Below, in pieces: positions 13,150 through 27,108 of a stretch of 64,000 nucleotides of DNA. The stretch's first letter is position 1, and each line of letters opens with the position of its first letter. The notes beneath the pieces were generated by a model. The model was not told the DNA's origin. It worked only from the letters and a program-made list of their open reading frames with translations, and searched no databases. Source of the DNA: Bigelowiella natans CCMP2755 (lineage: Eukaryota > Protista > Cercozoa); the NCBI GenBank assembly GCA_000320545.1, contig ADNK01000053.1:62001-126000 (forward strand). The letters run 5' to 3'. The position numbers were made by a program, and so were the translations under genes.

Positions 13150-13746
13150 TCTTCGATCTGGACATGTGCTTTTAGGCTCTCATTCCCTTCTCTAGGGCGC
13201 AGGGTCAGGGTTTCCTTCTGTGCCCCCTTGAACTTCGGCTCATTTGTTGGGTTTTGGGGAATTGGGAGCAGGATGTAACGCAGATCATCGTAAAATCGCC
13301 AGACGTTTCCAAAGTTTTAACGGAAACAAACTCTTCCAGCTCCTTTTGGATGAATCGTGTCTTTCTCGAAATACGAAGAGCTAAACTGTGTCGTAGAAGG
13401 AAAATCCACGGAAATCATAGCACATATTTTGTTCAGGGAAAATATGGGAAGACACAGCCTGTCGCAGAGAAAAATGTGGACGTACATCGAAGGAGTAGTT
13501 CATCCGGACTTTTCTGAGACACCGAGATGTTCCCTTTTCTTGTTTAAAATTTGTAAAATCGCATGACGTATGTGGTAAATCAAGGCTGTCTCGTTGATGT
13601 TCCAGAGAGGGTTCTTTTAATGCCATTGGGATCTCATTTATTTGTAACGACATCAAAATATTGTGTAATTATGGAAATATTAAGTACATTTCGAGAAAGA
13701 GTCTGGCATAATTTAACGACGGGAACAGCCTTCAGAAAGAGCTGAG

Positions 13747-16226
13747 ATGGTGAACCTCTCGCTTGCTCACCTCCTTACGCCTGCCAACGTAAAGGGCTTG
13801 AGTAAAGAATTAAGCAAGAACGGTGGGAGAATATTGCCAGAAAGAGAGATCACGTTATTTATAGCGATATTTTACTCGATTTTCTTTTAAACGTCTTCGA
13901 AATGTAAAGGAAGCGTGTTTTTCAACTTCAACGGCGTAAGCATGTTTCCACCTACATGCTTGGAAATCACACTCCTCTATTTTGCAAATAGGATACATTC
14001 TTCTCTATTTTTGTTTTTGAAGTAAACACATCGAGACGGAATGGAGATCATTACAATTTCCACCTAATATATGCAGGATGGTGTTTTGTGGAGCTCCAAA
14101 ATGATCTCGTCATGCTCGTCCAAGTATTCAATAAAGGTGAATACACGCTTCTATCAAAAATATTCAATTGGTATTATCTGCAAATTTTATTCACTCCTTT
14201 ATCTTGAGTAGGATCTGAATTCCTGAAAAAGCCTCTCTCTTTGAAGAAGCAGGTTCCTTATTTCATTTCACTTAGCTTGGTGTTCTGTACCTGACATATG
14301 GCACTTACTTGCTTGCAGGTACCTCTGGCTGCTCGCTACCACTTTGAAAGTGTATGCAAGAACGAGGAAAAAAAAAGGTTGGAATAATGTTAGCCCAATA
14401 GATGAAGCATAAGTAAATAAGCACATCAATATATTTAGCATATCTAATTTCGGATAACTTGAAACTTTATATCCTCTTCAGGCAACGTGGGCTTACTATG
14501 AGGGATGCCCATGCCAACATGGGAGCGCCAAGGTAGATATGCGAGAACAATGCACGTACCACTTGATGGGTGGAAGTGACGCAAGATTCTCACACTAGGA
14601 ATTATTCTTTCAGGCCCATGCCTAAGGGACATGTTCCTGAGTTTAGCTCTTCGGACCTGAACAACCTTGAGGTAGGTTTGAACTTCTAAAATAGCATCGT
14701 TTTTTCACGGCACTTTTCACCCTTGTTGCTAGAATTACTTTCTGATTTAACTCTACACAATCAGCGGATGCTCAACGAAACAGGTGGTACTCCAATTGTA
14801 GAGGGGGATGAACAGCCTAAATTTAAAGTGCAGACTGAGGCGGAGGAGGAAGATTTTGCAGAGGAGCCCGAAATGATGGAAAATGCAGATATAGTAGAGG
14901 AGGATGACAACGAGCATGGGAACATAGAAACCCAGGTAAAAACCACTGAATTACAGTACGCATTCGTAACGAGTATTTTTTAAGTCAACACTAAAGTTAT
15001 ATATCCCGCCGTTTATTCTCTGCAGACCCCCCCGCAAACACCACCACTTGGAGCTACGATAACAGAAATATGTTCGTCCCCTGAACATGGAGAGGCATCG
15101 TCCTCTCAGATGGAGGCCGTGATAGAGGAATACGACATAACAGAGCCAACTACGATACCGCAAGAAAGTAAAAGAGGGAGACGGGCTAGATCCGCGAGCG
15201 AGACGCGTATGACCCACAAGCAACAGTTGATCCAAGTGTTAAAGAACGGTCTGCCCTCCTTAAAAGTTGCCTTGGGTCTGCAGACACCGGAAGAAAGCAG
15301 CCCCAAATCCAACTCAGGAGGAGCGTCACTGCACCCGCGCCCTCAAACTTCGTCGTCTGCAATTGATTCTGCTCGTTCTAGCTTAGGACAAGCACTGAAG
15401 AAATGGTTTCAATCTCCACGGGAGAAAGAACGGTAATTGGGGTCCTTTTATTAAACCTGAAATTAAGTAACCTTATGCAATTGTTTTTTTGGTGTTATCA
15501 ATTCTGAATATCAAATGATTGTTTGTATTGGTAATTTACACGCCCAACCTTTCATTATTATTTACTACACTGGGAAATTTCCCAAGATGTCATTTAATTT
15601 ACAACGACGATATGTATTAAGTGTTCAGACAGCGCAACGAAGATTCTATTGTTTATGTATTCTTGATAACCGTATCGTGTTTGTATTCGTATTCCTCTCC
15701 ACTTTTTCTTTCTCCATACAGATACTCTATCCTTTGCATTCCTGAGATCGAGCAGCCTGTTGCCGCAGTAATTGTTCGAGCGTTGAAGCCAGTCGAAGGT
15801 ATTCGTAATATGAAAAGAGTGAGAACGAAACCCTACTGCCAATCCCAAAAACTCTTCTTCCCACAGAGGAAGAAAAAGTGAAAATTCTTATTATGATGAA
15901 TTACAGTTGGGGTACTAACATTATGGTTGTATTTTGGATGTGGTGTTGTTGTTGTTGTTATTGTTGTTGTTCCTAAAGCGTGCTTTCGCTGGAATTGGCG
16001 GAATGGATTTGATAACAGTCGTGGTACCCTGGAGGTGCAGCTGCACAATGGCATAGAAATCGAGATTTGGTTGAATTTCTGGCGCGCAGTCTACCGATCT
16101 TAGTGATGAGCGATGACGTCCATAACGACCATAGAGCCATCTTTCCTTTTATTCTTCTTTCTCTTTACCAATTAGAAGAGCAACTGTCGAGGAATAAGAA
16201 AAGATATATCTTTTAGATTTGAGTGA
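13747..16226 (+). CDS. Divergent methylpurine-DNA glycosylase (MPG/AAG)-like protein with long acidic low-complexity insertion
   Basis: Short-intron exon chain on +. The C-terminal segment IVYVFLITVS|YSILCIPEIEQPVAAVIVRALKPVEGIRNMKRVR matches the MPG pattern AYVYxIYGMYxCxN...AVLIRALEPxEGxxxMxxxR. A candidate upstream exon ATWAYYEGCPCQHG resembles ETEAY-x7-HG. Start, end and some phases are uncertain. Confidence 0.5.
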
Positions 16227-17060
16227 ATAAAAAGAATTTACGAAGCAAAATTTAGTGCCTGTCGTATAGCATTAGAGAATTTTAATGAGTCATTCTATTC
16301 CATGTCGGATTTTCACTGTGTACGTACGCATGTACAATATGTAGTTTACATCTCTGAAGGAATAGATTTCGTATCGTGAGTTGCATGCATAACTGCATCT
16401 AGGCATACTGGCATAGCAATTATGTGCAATCATATGTATCGTACGGTGCATAAACGTAACACTCTGTGAGTGCTGCTGCTCGGATGAATCGATCATAGTA
16501 CCAAGCTAGCTGGCGTTACTCTCTTATCACTCATGAAATGCGTGCAACCTTCAATGTTTATCAGTAGTCATTATATTTGTTGCTGCTTTTACCCTAGCAG
16601 CTAGCGCTGGTGGACTGTCAATAATTAGATCCAATTATTGCCATTTCTGGATCAGTCATATTGTATGAGCCATTATAACCAAAGCTAGAAAGGCTTCCAA
16701 ATTCTAACTCCCGTGTCCAATTTGCATGCACACAGCACGCATATAGCTAAATAGGCGTCTATGCATGCTAGCCGGCGGACATCTAGACGTGGGTGGTTGC
16801 AATACCTACACAGATCTAGACAACATCTAGAGATACACTTTGTCGTGTTATATATTAACAGTGATGCTAGGATGCTATTTGTAGCGATATGTAGCGATCT
16901 GTATGTGTACGTATGTTAGAGCTAGCAATCGATTGCAGTGTAGAGCTATATCATGCTGCGCTAATGTATCGATCAATCAATTTCTCATGCACACTCTGCC
17001 GCTGCTGCTTTAGTTGCGTATAGGGTAGTACTCAATAGTAGAGAACCCTAGCTAGTCTAT

Positions 17061-18194
17061 CTAGTGTTGACCCGACTTCTTCCACCCTAAATTGCTCATT
17101 GCCTCACCAACAGCTGCAGACAAACGACGACCGAGTTCGCTCTGAATATTTGTCACAGGATATTTATTCGTTGCCATGAGTGTACTGCCTTTAAGCGATA
17201 GAACACAACCCAAAAATAATTCACAGCATCTTGGACATATCTAGATATGTAGGCGTCAATGTACATTTTTTTAATATAACTATATATATGCATGTCGTAG
17301 TAAAATGTGTATGCGTGTGTGCGCGCGTAGCAGACATCTGCATACCACTTCCTCCTCCTGAATGTCATATGTAGGTGTGACCATCACTCCCATATCGACA
17401 AAATAAGGCCATATCCTGATAATGCCCACAAAATCTCAATCGCAAAAACTAATAACACAACTGCGCTTGATGATATCGAATCTTTGAATTAGGAAAGACG
17501 GCCATTAAATTTAGACGCTATTCCTTTTTCCTTATACGTGAGTTTGTGTGAGTGTGTATGTGTGAACCTGTGCGCTTTACAGGCGTTTTTAAGGGCTGCA
17601 TTTGCCTGTTTGTGTTTCAGTATAAATTCTTGTTATTATCTCGCTGATTGAATGCTTTTCCCCCCTCTCTAGAGAATTCTGAGCAGCGTGGAAGAATTTA
17701 TGACGACGACTACGAAAAAGACTGTATACTTCCTCTCCGGTGAAATAAGAAACAGAAGGAAGGAATACTGCCCGTGCACATAAAAAGCACATACACGCAC
17801 ACGTATAGGCATGCGCACGTGAAGTGCCCCTTTCTCAGTGTCGCTCTCTACGTTTGAGAGGGCCGAAAACCTTTTTTCGCATTTTGCGATCCAGCGCACA
17901 GCTTCCCCGCGACCATGCCAGCCCCCACATTAGCCTAAATGGCAACCGTTAAAATAACAACATAGACGAATAAAATACTGCAAGATAAAGCACATATGCT
18001 CGTGAGTGAATATATGCATGATCTGCAAACTCATGGATGTGTCCAAGGAACATGGCCATCGTGTATTTGACATATTGCGCGCCAACTGATCCACTATTTT
18101 CGCATGTTGGTTTCCAACCCCATTCCATGGGACACTAGATTTCCATTGCTTGCTGCTTCAGCCTCTTGCATGGCACTCTCAAGACCCTTCAACA

Positions 18195-18241
<47 letters not shown>

Positions 18242-19671
18242 ACTATATATAAATATGTAATATTACAATATTTACTTATTTATATGAGAGGCCTTGGGAG
18301 AGATGTGCAAAATATACTAATGATACAGGGCTAAACAAAATCACATATCTAAGCTGAGAAGGAGAGGGGGAAGGGGGGCGAGAATGCGGCGGAAGAGAGA
18401 GAGAGAGAGAGAGAGAGGAATGGTTCCAATGAATAATTAACACTTTGCACAAAGTAGCAGCAGCACGACCAATGTAATAGTTCTTGCAGCACGAGGGAAC
18501 ATAGACACCACCATAGTTGTCGTTGGAGAAGAGGAGGAGGAGTAGGGAAGGGGGGGGAAGGTTGAACCTTGCTCATCTTCTGGATGTGGCTTCCATATTC
18601 CTTTGTCTTCTTTAGCACCTGTTAAGTAGAAACGACAGAGAGAGAAAGAGAGAGAGAGAGAGAGTATAGACGAAGGGCTTAGACGAAATAATATAGACAG
18701 AATATCTCGAGATGCCGATTGTTATTTCTATTCGCTCATCTCTCGCATCGACATCTTCATCACGGTCAACATGTCACGGAATGCTGCCTTATATTTTTTG
18801 AAAGCACCATCATGTGTACTACGTTCCCGACCTCGCGCGCCGTGATGAGGGCTCGAATGTTGCTGCCTTTGCAATGGTGAGAGAAAGGGATTATAAGCCC
18901 AGGGATATACTACTACTGTCACTGCCATCTTCCACTGATGTATTATTACCAGCATAAGTGTGACTTTGAAGCACGGTACGACCTTCCTCTAAATGGCCAA
19001 CAGGATGCAGATATTACCAACTACTTACATGCATACACACATACTGATGTTCGGTGCTGAGAAAAGAATCACCTCGCAGCCTCCCCCCCCCCTCAAACAC
19101 GAGGCATCCAGCGAGTGGGAAAACGCCACCGGCCACCTGGAAATCAGAGAGACATTACATAAGTCTTCATATCATCCTTCAAATGGATCAGGAGGAGGAG
19201 GACGTGGAGGCCGAGGAAGAAGAGGAAGAGAGAATGGGTAAAATGATTGAACCGAAAATCATCTATACATCTACATAGTAGTAATAATAAAACTGAAAAG
19301 ATCACAGGGCTACTAGCTCCCAACCGCCTTGCCGAATGTCACTGCATCAGGCCTTAAATCCCAGCTGTATAGAAGCGAGCGACCCATCAGATCATCACAG
19401 CAAAGAGGGGAAATGATACGTAGGAAGGGAGGGAGGGAGAGGTGGTAGGAGGAGGAGGAGGGAGGACAAGAAGAGAGATATCAGATTAGCTCTGATGGAG
19501 AGACTATAGATAGGAATGGGAATGAAGAATGAAAATAATATACCTTTTCGATAAGAACAAATCGCCCTCGCCATGTCGTGCTAACGATGTTAAATATTGC
19601 AACACATTCAACATACATGTTTTTATAGATTAGCTCTATTTCTTTCTCTCCCTTACACACACACGCGCGCG

Positions 19672-19727
<56 letters not shown>

Positions 19728-20623
19728 AGGAAAGAAACCTGTATATGCATACATAATTTGCAATATTGATGTGCTGAGAAAATGCTTATGACGTAGAAGA
19801 TAAGAAAATATAACAATGGTAAACTCTATTTTATCATCACCTAATCCACACATAACTTCATCTGCCAACACCTGATAGATCATGCAGCAGGAGCAGGGCG
19901 AGGAAGGAAAAATAGGAGAAGAAGGGGAGGAGGAAGAGGGGGGTGAAGGAGCAGACGTTCTTTATAGTCATTGCCATATACACAGGCGTCAATTATCCTT
20001 GAAGCGAAAAGTGGTATTATTCTGTTGTTGCTGATCTTGCATAAGTCCGCACAGATAGTATATATATATCTAGGGTGCCGCCATACCTTGATGCCTCTCT
20101 CCTTAGCAAGCCGAACATACTCTTTCAGCATCTCTTTGTCCCACGGCTGTGCTGCCTATTACGCGTGAAGAATCACCGAGAACGATGAATTATGAGAAAA
20201 AAAGTGAGGCGACATTGAACACGATTTGCTCCTTCATACACAGCACGCATGTGTCCCTGAAAGGGGGGAGGGGGGGAGGGGATTATATGTAAAAGAGACA
20301 CGGATCATGCAAAACAACCAAGGAAGATCCCGACTGCGGCTCGAACAAAATAACACCTGAAACAACAAAAAGGCATTGACAAGAAGGTGATGATTTTCGG
20401 CGTACTGAAAGCGTTGACCCGCCGTCTCATATATTCTCGTTGAATTATAACGTATATTGTAGCTCACACCCACCCAGCTCATCGGCTTCTCGGTTGAGAA
20501 AGTCGACGTATTCCTGCCTATAGAAGGGGAAGAAGAAGAACATGCTGAGGGAGAATGCAATGATGATGATGATGATGATCATGATGATGATCATGATCAT
20601 GATCATGATGAAAGCAATCATAA

Positions 20624-20664
<41 letters not shown>

Positions 20665-21980
20665 TATAAGATTACTATCCCACAAATTCCATACGATTTA
20701 CCTCATTCTTTGATGGAATTCATCGAGGGACTCTCCAGCTTCAATTCTTCGCTTATGATAGCTACGATATGACGACGAGGAGGGCAAAAGAGGACAGGGA
20801 GGAAGAAGGCTCAGTAAGCGATGCTGATGGTGACGATGCGTACTGGAAATGGTGATGATGATTATCATGTGTTTGTGTTAGGGTCATAATGATGACGTGA
20901 AAGAGGCTGTTGTTGGTGATGAAGATGATGTGCTGGTATTACGCTGGCATTGGATATGTTCGTTGCATCGGCTTTGCTCCGAGGGGCGACGCTACGTGCG
21001 ACATAGCAATCAATCACAAATATAACGATTCATTGCACTCCACACCCTAGTATATTTACCAGTTGTTGTGCAGATGCGTCTGTATTTATATGTATTTAAT
21101 TACTTTCATGCAAACATTGTGTGAATATATATGGCCATTATTTGGTGGCTGTGTCGCTGGGATGAAACTCCCCCCCCCTCCCCCCCTCTCTCCCTCCCTT
21201 ACCTGAGCCGAATGAAGAAGATCCAGGCCCATGGTATGAGAACTCACTTACAGCAACCTAATATCGAAGATGATGATGAAGGGGTGGGGCGGAGCAGAAT
21301 AAGGTCTTGATATACATTAGATTTTACACCATTGTCTTCTCGTCGTCATCATCGTCATCATCATCGTCATCATCATCATCATCATCATCATTGACGGCAC
21401 CTTCGTTCGTAACGAGCTGAAAATATCCTTCTGTTTCTCGTGGGGCGTCGTGTTCTCCTCTCTGCGCACAGGAGGATGGAAACGATGGTGAGTCAAAGAA
21501 AGAACGCTTTAAATCCACACATGTACAGCAGCAGAGCAGAAACAACTGGAGAAAGTGGGAGAAAAAGGAGATGAAGTATATATGCGGAAAGCTACTTCTT
21601 GGAAAGTATATGTGTTAGTATATGAAGCAGCACATTGGATGTTGCAGCTGGAGCAGTAAATCGATGCCAGCGAGCACCTTGTTTTCGGTAGGGAGGAAAG
21701 GAGGAGGAAGGGGGGGAGGGAGAGAAGGTTGTATTTGATGATTCTTCACTACGTGCATTTGTTCTTGCTAAAAGCTTTGGAAAGGCAGCAAAACGTTCAC
21801 TCATCGCCATCGTTGCATCATCGTTGTATACGCATGATTGCATTCTTCTAATGTGTATGCATTTGCTGTCACCGCACCGCGGAAGTGCCCTCCACCTGGA
21901 AAGGGAATAGTTGGACAAAGAAGAATGAGGCGAAGGGGATGAGATTATATAGAAGATCTCACTATGTCACTAAATTGAAG

Positions 21981-22021
<41 letters not shown>

Positions 22022-23320
22022 TAGCGCATGAAGTCTAGTCATCCCACCTGAAGGCTAGCAAACCACTCCTCAGAAGCAGCCGCGAGATGGGAGGGGAGGG
22101 CGCTTTCTGATCCAACAAAGAAACGAGGACGTGAGCGTGTGCCATGTAGGCGGTAGCAGTATTTTAGTGTCTAAAGGCAGTCCTCTCTCTGTTTTCCTTA
22201 GTTTGTTTTTGAAATGCCCTTCTCTGCTGCGGATAAGAGCAGTTGCGCCTTTTGCATCCCCGCATAAACGTTTCAAGTAACAGTTACTAACACCATTGGC
22301 CGATGACACGCTACCTAAGGTACGGATGAACTCTGGGAGCGCCTGAGGGACCTTGTTTGATAATAATTGGTCTTAATTAATAAATGAGTAGCTGAGCGAC
22401 AACGGATTTTTACATTCTCGTTGTGGTAGATAAAAGCGAAGCAATGATAGGAAAGGAGAGGAGAAGTACCCCGGCACTTGTGTGAATGGATAACGGGGCT
22501 GCATGATTGCCTTTATTCAGATTCATAAGTGCTTCCCTTTCAGTGAATGCATCGAAAGAAGGGGCAGTGAGAATAATAATGCGGTCGCAACAGTACTAAT
22601 AGATGTGACACATAGTCTCTTGTAGTAGGAGAAATAGCGCAAGCAGCATATCCCTCCTCAGGTTCGTTATTTTCATTACCACTACAACTACTACTATTAG
22701 AAGTACTACTAGGTCAACGATATATCAACATCGAGACCTTGCTCCCCATCATTACCTTTCGTAGTCGAAGCCTGGTTGCAGAATCTCTGCCAGTCGGGGG
22801 CCTGATGGGTTATGAGTAATGATGGTGATAGGAGGGAGGAAGTAAGGTGCATGCTCAATATATGCGACGACAACAACAAAGATGTTCCGATTTCGAATCT
22901 CTCCATCCCCTCTTCTTTCCTGTGTAGCGGTTTCTATGTGTGTGTGTGTGTGTTGCGCGAGCGCGAGCATGTGTGCCAAACTCCTATCCGCAACTAACCC
23001 AACGCTTACCGGAGAAGCATTCGCTACACGCAGCACCGACAACCATCATCTCCTCGGTGTCGTTTTCTTCCTAATTAAGACCAGCGGCGGCAGCGCGGTA
23101 AGGGAGCGGAGCAGAAATAGAAGCTGCATCGTTTGAAGATGATTGAATTATACTCACGGCGGACTAACCTGCCGTATGTGAAACGGCCCCTTCTTCGACA
23201 CCGTGACGGGAATGGGTGTGCCGACAGGGACACGGCCAGCGAAATGAGAGACCTAAGGGCGCGTTGTGATGATCGAATCATGATATGCAAATGCCTGGGA
23301 ACTTAATGGTGCTACGTGGA

Positions 23321-23355
<35 letters not shown>

Positions 23356-23433
23356 GACCGAAAGCATGCGCTTGGAGAAGCAGCATCTCTGGCCGAGTGT
23401 CGATGCACATGCTGATCGAACCATCGCCCTCAT
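17061..23433 (-). CDS. Class-III PLP-dependent aminotransferase with putative mitochondrial presequence, more than 20 exons
   Basis: Ordered motifs across exons: PIPVTVSKKGPFH, VVGAACSECFSG, VEGTSAVLAGIDLLLQ, KVAVSEFSYHG, GVILFEPQSGSS, LKEYVRLAKERGIKVLADEVMCGL-ARHG, WDLRPDAVTFGKAVAGGVFPLAG (PLP lysine), QSHTYAG, HGMGLMWG, VMVTPTYDIQEEEV, ...WKKSGQH*. The N-terminus MRAMVRSACASTLGQRCCFSKRMLS is Arg/Ser-rich with no acidic residues. Confidence 0.9.
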
Positions 23434-23751
23434 CTCGCTGGAGGGCGGGTTTTGAGGTCGGCTTGCGTTACTGTGGGACGGATAGCCTCAGAGCACGTAA
23501 TATCAGAAGAATGCGAAAACCGACCAGAATCTTACGAAAAGACATGCAAATAATTCCATATTTTGGAGAATCGCATGTTCCGAGACTACCATTTTTGTTT
23601 TTGTTCTTGCGACAATGACATGACATTGTCGCAGGATAAAATCAGCGCTATTTGTTTCCTTGCTCCTGCCCCTCATCGTATCTCAGGTTGGGAGCACTTC
23701 CTGCACCCTTGCAATCTGTAGTGGCACTCCACCGCTTTCTCGAAGTCAATT

Positions 23752-24058
23752 ATGGATTTGTCTGTCTACCCCCTGGTAACTGGTGTGCATGAGGGAAGGA
23801 GAAGATAGTTTGTGTATGCGTTAATGTTTCTGATTGTGCTTTCTCCCCGCTGCGTGTGGCTTGACTGCTGGCGCTACTACTACTGCGATTTAAGCTATAT
23901 CACTGTGGATTCTGGGCGGGACTGTGCTTCATAGTGTCCACAATCACGGGGAATGTGAGCCAGGTGGACAAATTATGGAGCCTTACGCCGGCTCTATATG
24001 CCTGGCAAATTGTGTTCTCATCCGACACACTTCAGATGCGGTATTAGTCACACATCAT

Positions 24059-24098
<40 letters not shown>

Positions 24099-25872
24099 AC
24101 ACGCTTTCAGTGACCTTTTGGAGCCATCGAAAAAATGAGAAATGGCTTTCCACGCGCACTTATGAGTCCTTGCCTCGTCATGGCACTCAGGATGGTGCTA
24201 ATGGCGGTCTTGGCGACTATTTGGGCTGCCAGACTAACGTACAACTTTTCTCGTCGAGGTATGGTAAATAGATCTTTTGCAGGGAGTAGTAGTGATTTGA
24301 TCGGAGAAGGAACATTGATGCATACGGACATATGTAGAATGGTATATTTTCAATTCTCGCTTCCCTCTTATGCAAATTCTAGAAATCACCGTCGCTTTTG
24401 CTCCTCACCCCCAATTCGTCGTGTCACAACCAAAGGAGGATATACCTGGCCGCCCTGGGAGGGGGAAGAAGATTATAGATGGCCCATTCTGCGAAAAACG
24501 AAGCCACTGAACAACCCGCTCGTTTGGATGGTAATAATGGGGTGTGGCATGGTTAGATAAATTAGCCAACAGTCTATATAGCAATGCAATGTTACGATAA
24601 GCATCACACCAGATATAGCAGTTTGTACCATAACTAGTATTCATCGTAATCTATCAATAAAATCGTCATTTCATTGCGAAGCATCCACCTGCCATCTACA
24701 CAGGCCTTCAACCTCGGTTTCATCTCGATTTACCAGCACTTTCTTCTTCTCCTCATCGTGCTGCCTCAATTTATTGCGGCCTCGGCGCCAGGAAAGGACA
24801 TGATAACGTACATTGCACTTATAGCACCACTCATATCGCTTTTGATGGAAGAAATGCGAGTCGGAGCTATTGTGTATGAATCCTGGTTGATTCGCATGTC
24901 GTCCCCTCTCTCCCTCTCTTTGTGCGTGTGTGTGTGTTCAAACGATACCGATGAACGGAAAGGGGGGGGGGGGGAAGAACTTTATATAGTATCCGTTAAT
25001 AGATACTGTCATCACTTTTGAAGACTAGCCTACTTTTACCCGAATGAATTCGATTCCTTGTTTCTATGTTGCTGCTGTCATCATCTGAAAAAACATTGGC
25101 GTGTCATCTATCAAGCACACTGGACCTCGTTCTTGCCTTGGCCTTTCTCCTACTTGTCTTGGTGGAGTACATCGGTACAGTTTATCAAGCAGCAGCCCCA
25201 ACATCAACAACATTTGTGCGTGTGTCAATACAGGTTCGGGGTGAAGGCGTGAGAAAACGTGAATTGCTCATGCCGTTTAAACCTTTTTTATTCGAATATG
25301 ATTCACGACTTTCTTCAAGGCCTTCATCCTTCTTCTATCTCTTTTACGTAACTTCTTCATTGAGCCCATGCTTTCGATCTCCCCCCCCCCCCCCTTGTCC
25401 GAACAGCGGATCAGCAACAGTACGACTTTCAAACGGAGAAGTACAGGCTCAAGGGCACAGGTCTCGCTCTCTACGGGTAGTATGCGTTATGCTGGAGTCT
25501 TGTGAGAAAAGCATGATGACGGCGGCTATTTTCGCAACTTGGGCGAACGAACGTGTATGATGACGACGACAGTTTTTCAAAACTTCGGAACGATTTGTTT
25601 GTTTTTCTCCTCGTTTCCCTGAAGCTTAATATCGGCATCTTGCCGTTGTATTTCATCATTTTGAGGATTTTGATTCGTTTGGATGATCAATGCTTTCTCC
25701 ATCATCTATCATCGATTCATTCCTCAACGTCCTCCTCGTAACATCTAATGCTGACATCTGCAATCTTTATCTCCCAGCGAGTATAAAGTAGGGTATCTTC
25801 GCACGGGCTTGTGGAGCATCTCGAGGTGGTTGGTGGTGTAGTATATTCACAACACGCAAACATGCATATACG

Positions 25873-25910
<38 letters not shown>

Positions 25911-26577
25911 TCACACCCTACGCATTTATAATTGCACAGTAATACAATATATATATAACTAAGCGGTTCGTCTACACTTACGTTTGAGCCGCTCCCTCAT
26001 CCCTCTCCTGACTTCATTTCACTCCATTATTCCTCGAGCAGACATCCAAACTATTTCGCTGAGCAGTCCATCTGGTGGGGTTCATCACCATTTCCACGAT
26101 ACAAATAAATACAAACAGCCTTTAGCTTTCTATAGCTCTTTGTTGCCATATAAATAAATATATGCACATATATAATATTTATATGTGCAGCAAAGTTAAA
26201 AATTCCGTTCTTGAAGGCTTTCCTTTAAAAGTGGGGTGTATGTGTGATATGTGTCTGTGTGTGTATCTTATTTCTCTTGCCGTGCATGATTGGATGAATG
26301 CTCACGTAGGGTCGTGTATTATCTCTTCTCTGGTGCGGCGGGAGCTGGTGAGTGAATGGCGCTTGTTTTCACATCAGTACCCTGTTCGAATAGATTATGC
26401 ATATAGATTCATGATGGAGGAGGAGGAGGAGGAGGAGGAGGAGGAGGAGGAGGAGGAGGAGGAGAATAACATTTAATCTGTATTGATTGTGTCGTCGTTG
26501 TTGACTATCTTCGTCACCATTTGTCAGTCTTCTGCGCACCGATTTACTCCTTCGTTTCATTTTCCCAATTTCTCTAG

Positions 26578-26609
<32 letters not shown>

Positions 26610-27108
26610 TATCATCATTATCACCTCTCTACATGGCTGCAACGTTGGGTTTATTGCTGTTGCTATTGTTGCGTCGTCGTGAATTTGCAGGATGGCTCAA
26701 CGCGTCTGTAATCGGCCCAGTACTCCTAATCCTTCTCTTCCAAGGATCGGTGTTTATACATAACATCTGACATAATTAATGACGATAATAATAAATCATG
26801 AGGCGGCTGTAGTAAGTTTACATGTATTTCATGTTTGTTTATTCCCTTTGCATATACATGGCATATCTAAACATTATTTTGGTCAGTCTTCCTCACCAAA
26901 TATTTCTTTTCTCTCCATCCCAAACGTGCTGCGCGTATAGGTGGCCTTCTCGGAGGGCATTTCCGCCGGAAAGTACCCTGAATACATTGAATATCAGCAG
27001 AAAGTGCCGATCTTCATCCCTACAAATCCAGCTCTTTATCGCTCCTTCTGGAATCCAACAGGCGATGACTACGCAACTGCCGCTGCGGCAGCAACAGAGA
27101 TGAAATAG
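23752..27108 (+). CDS. DUF1295-family integral membrane protein (steroid 5-alpha-reductase/ICMT-like superfamily)
   Basis: Spliced motifs TGNVSQVDKLWSLTP, IWAARLTYNFSRRG, GEEDYRWPILR, AFNLGFISIYQHFLLLLI, ADQQQYDFQTEK, GYLRTGLWSISRHPNYFAEQSIW, LLILLFQGS, SEGISAGKYPEYIEYQQKVPIFIP. Confidence 0.9.

Noticed and set aside
22750-23250. Apparent GNAT-like N-terminal domain on the aminotransferase (frame APDWQRFC)
   Set aside because: Phase-consistent splicing gives GPRLAEILQPGFDYER, and the region fits the ordinary class-III N-terminus.
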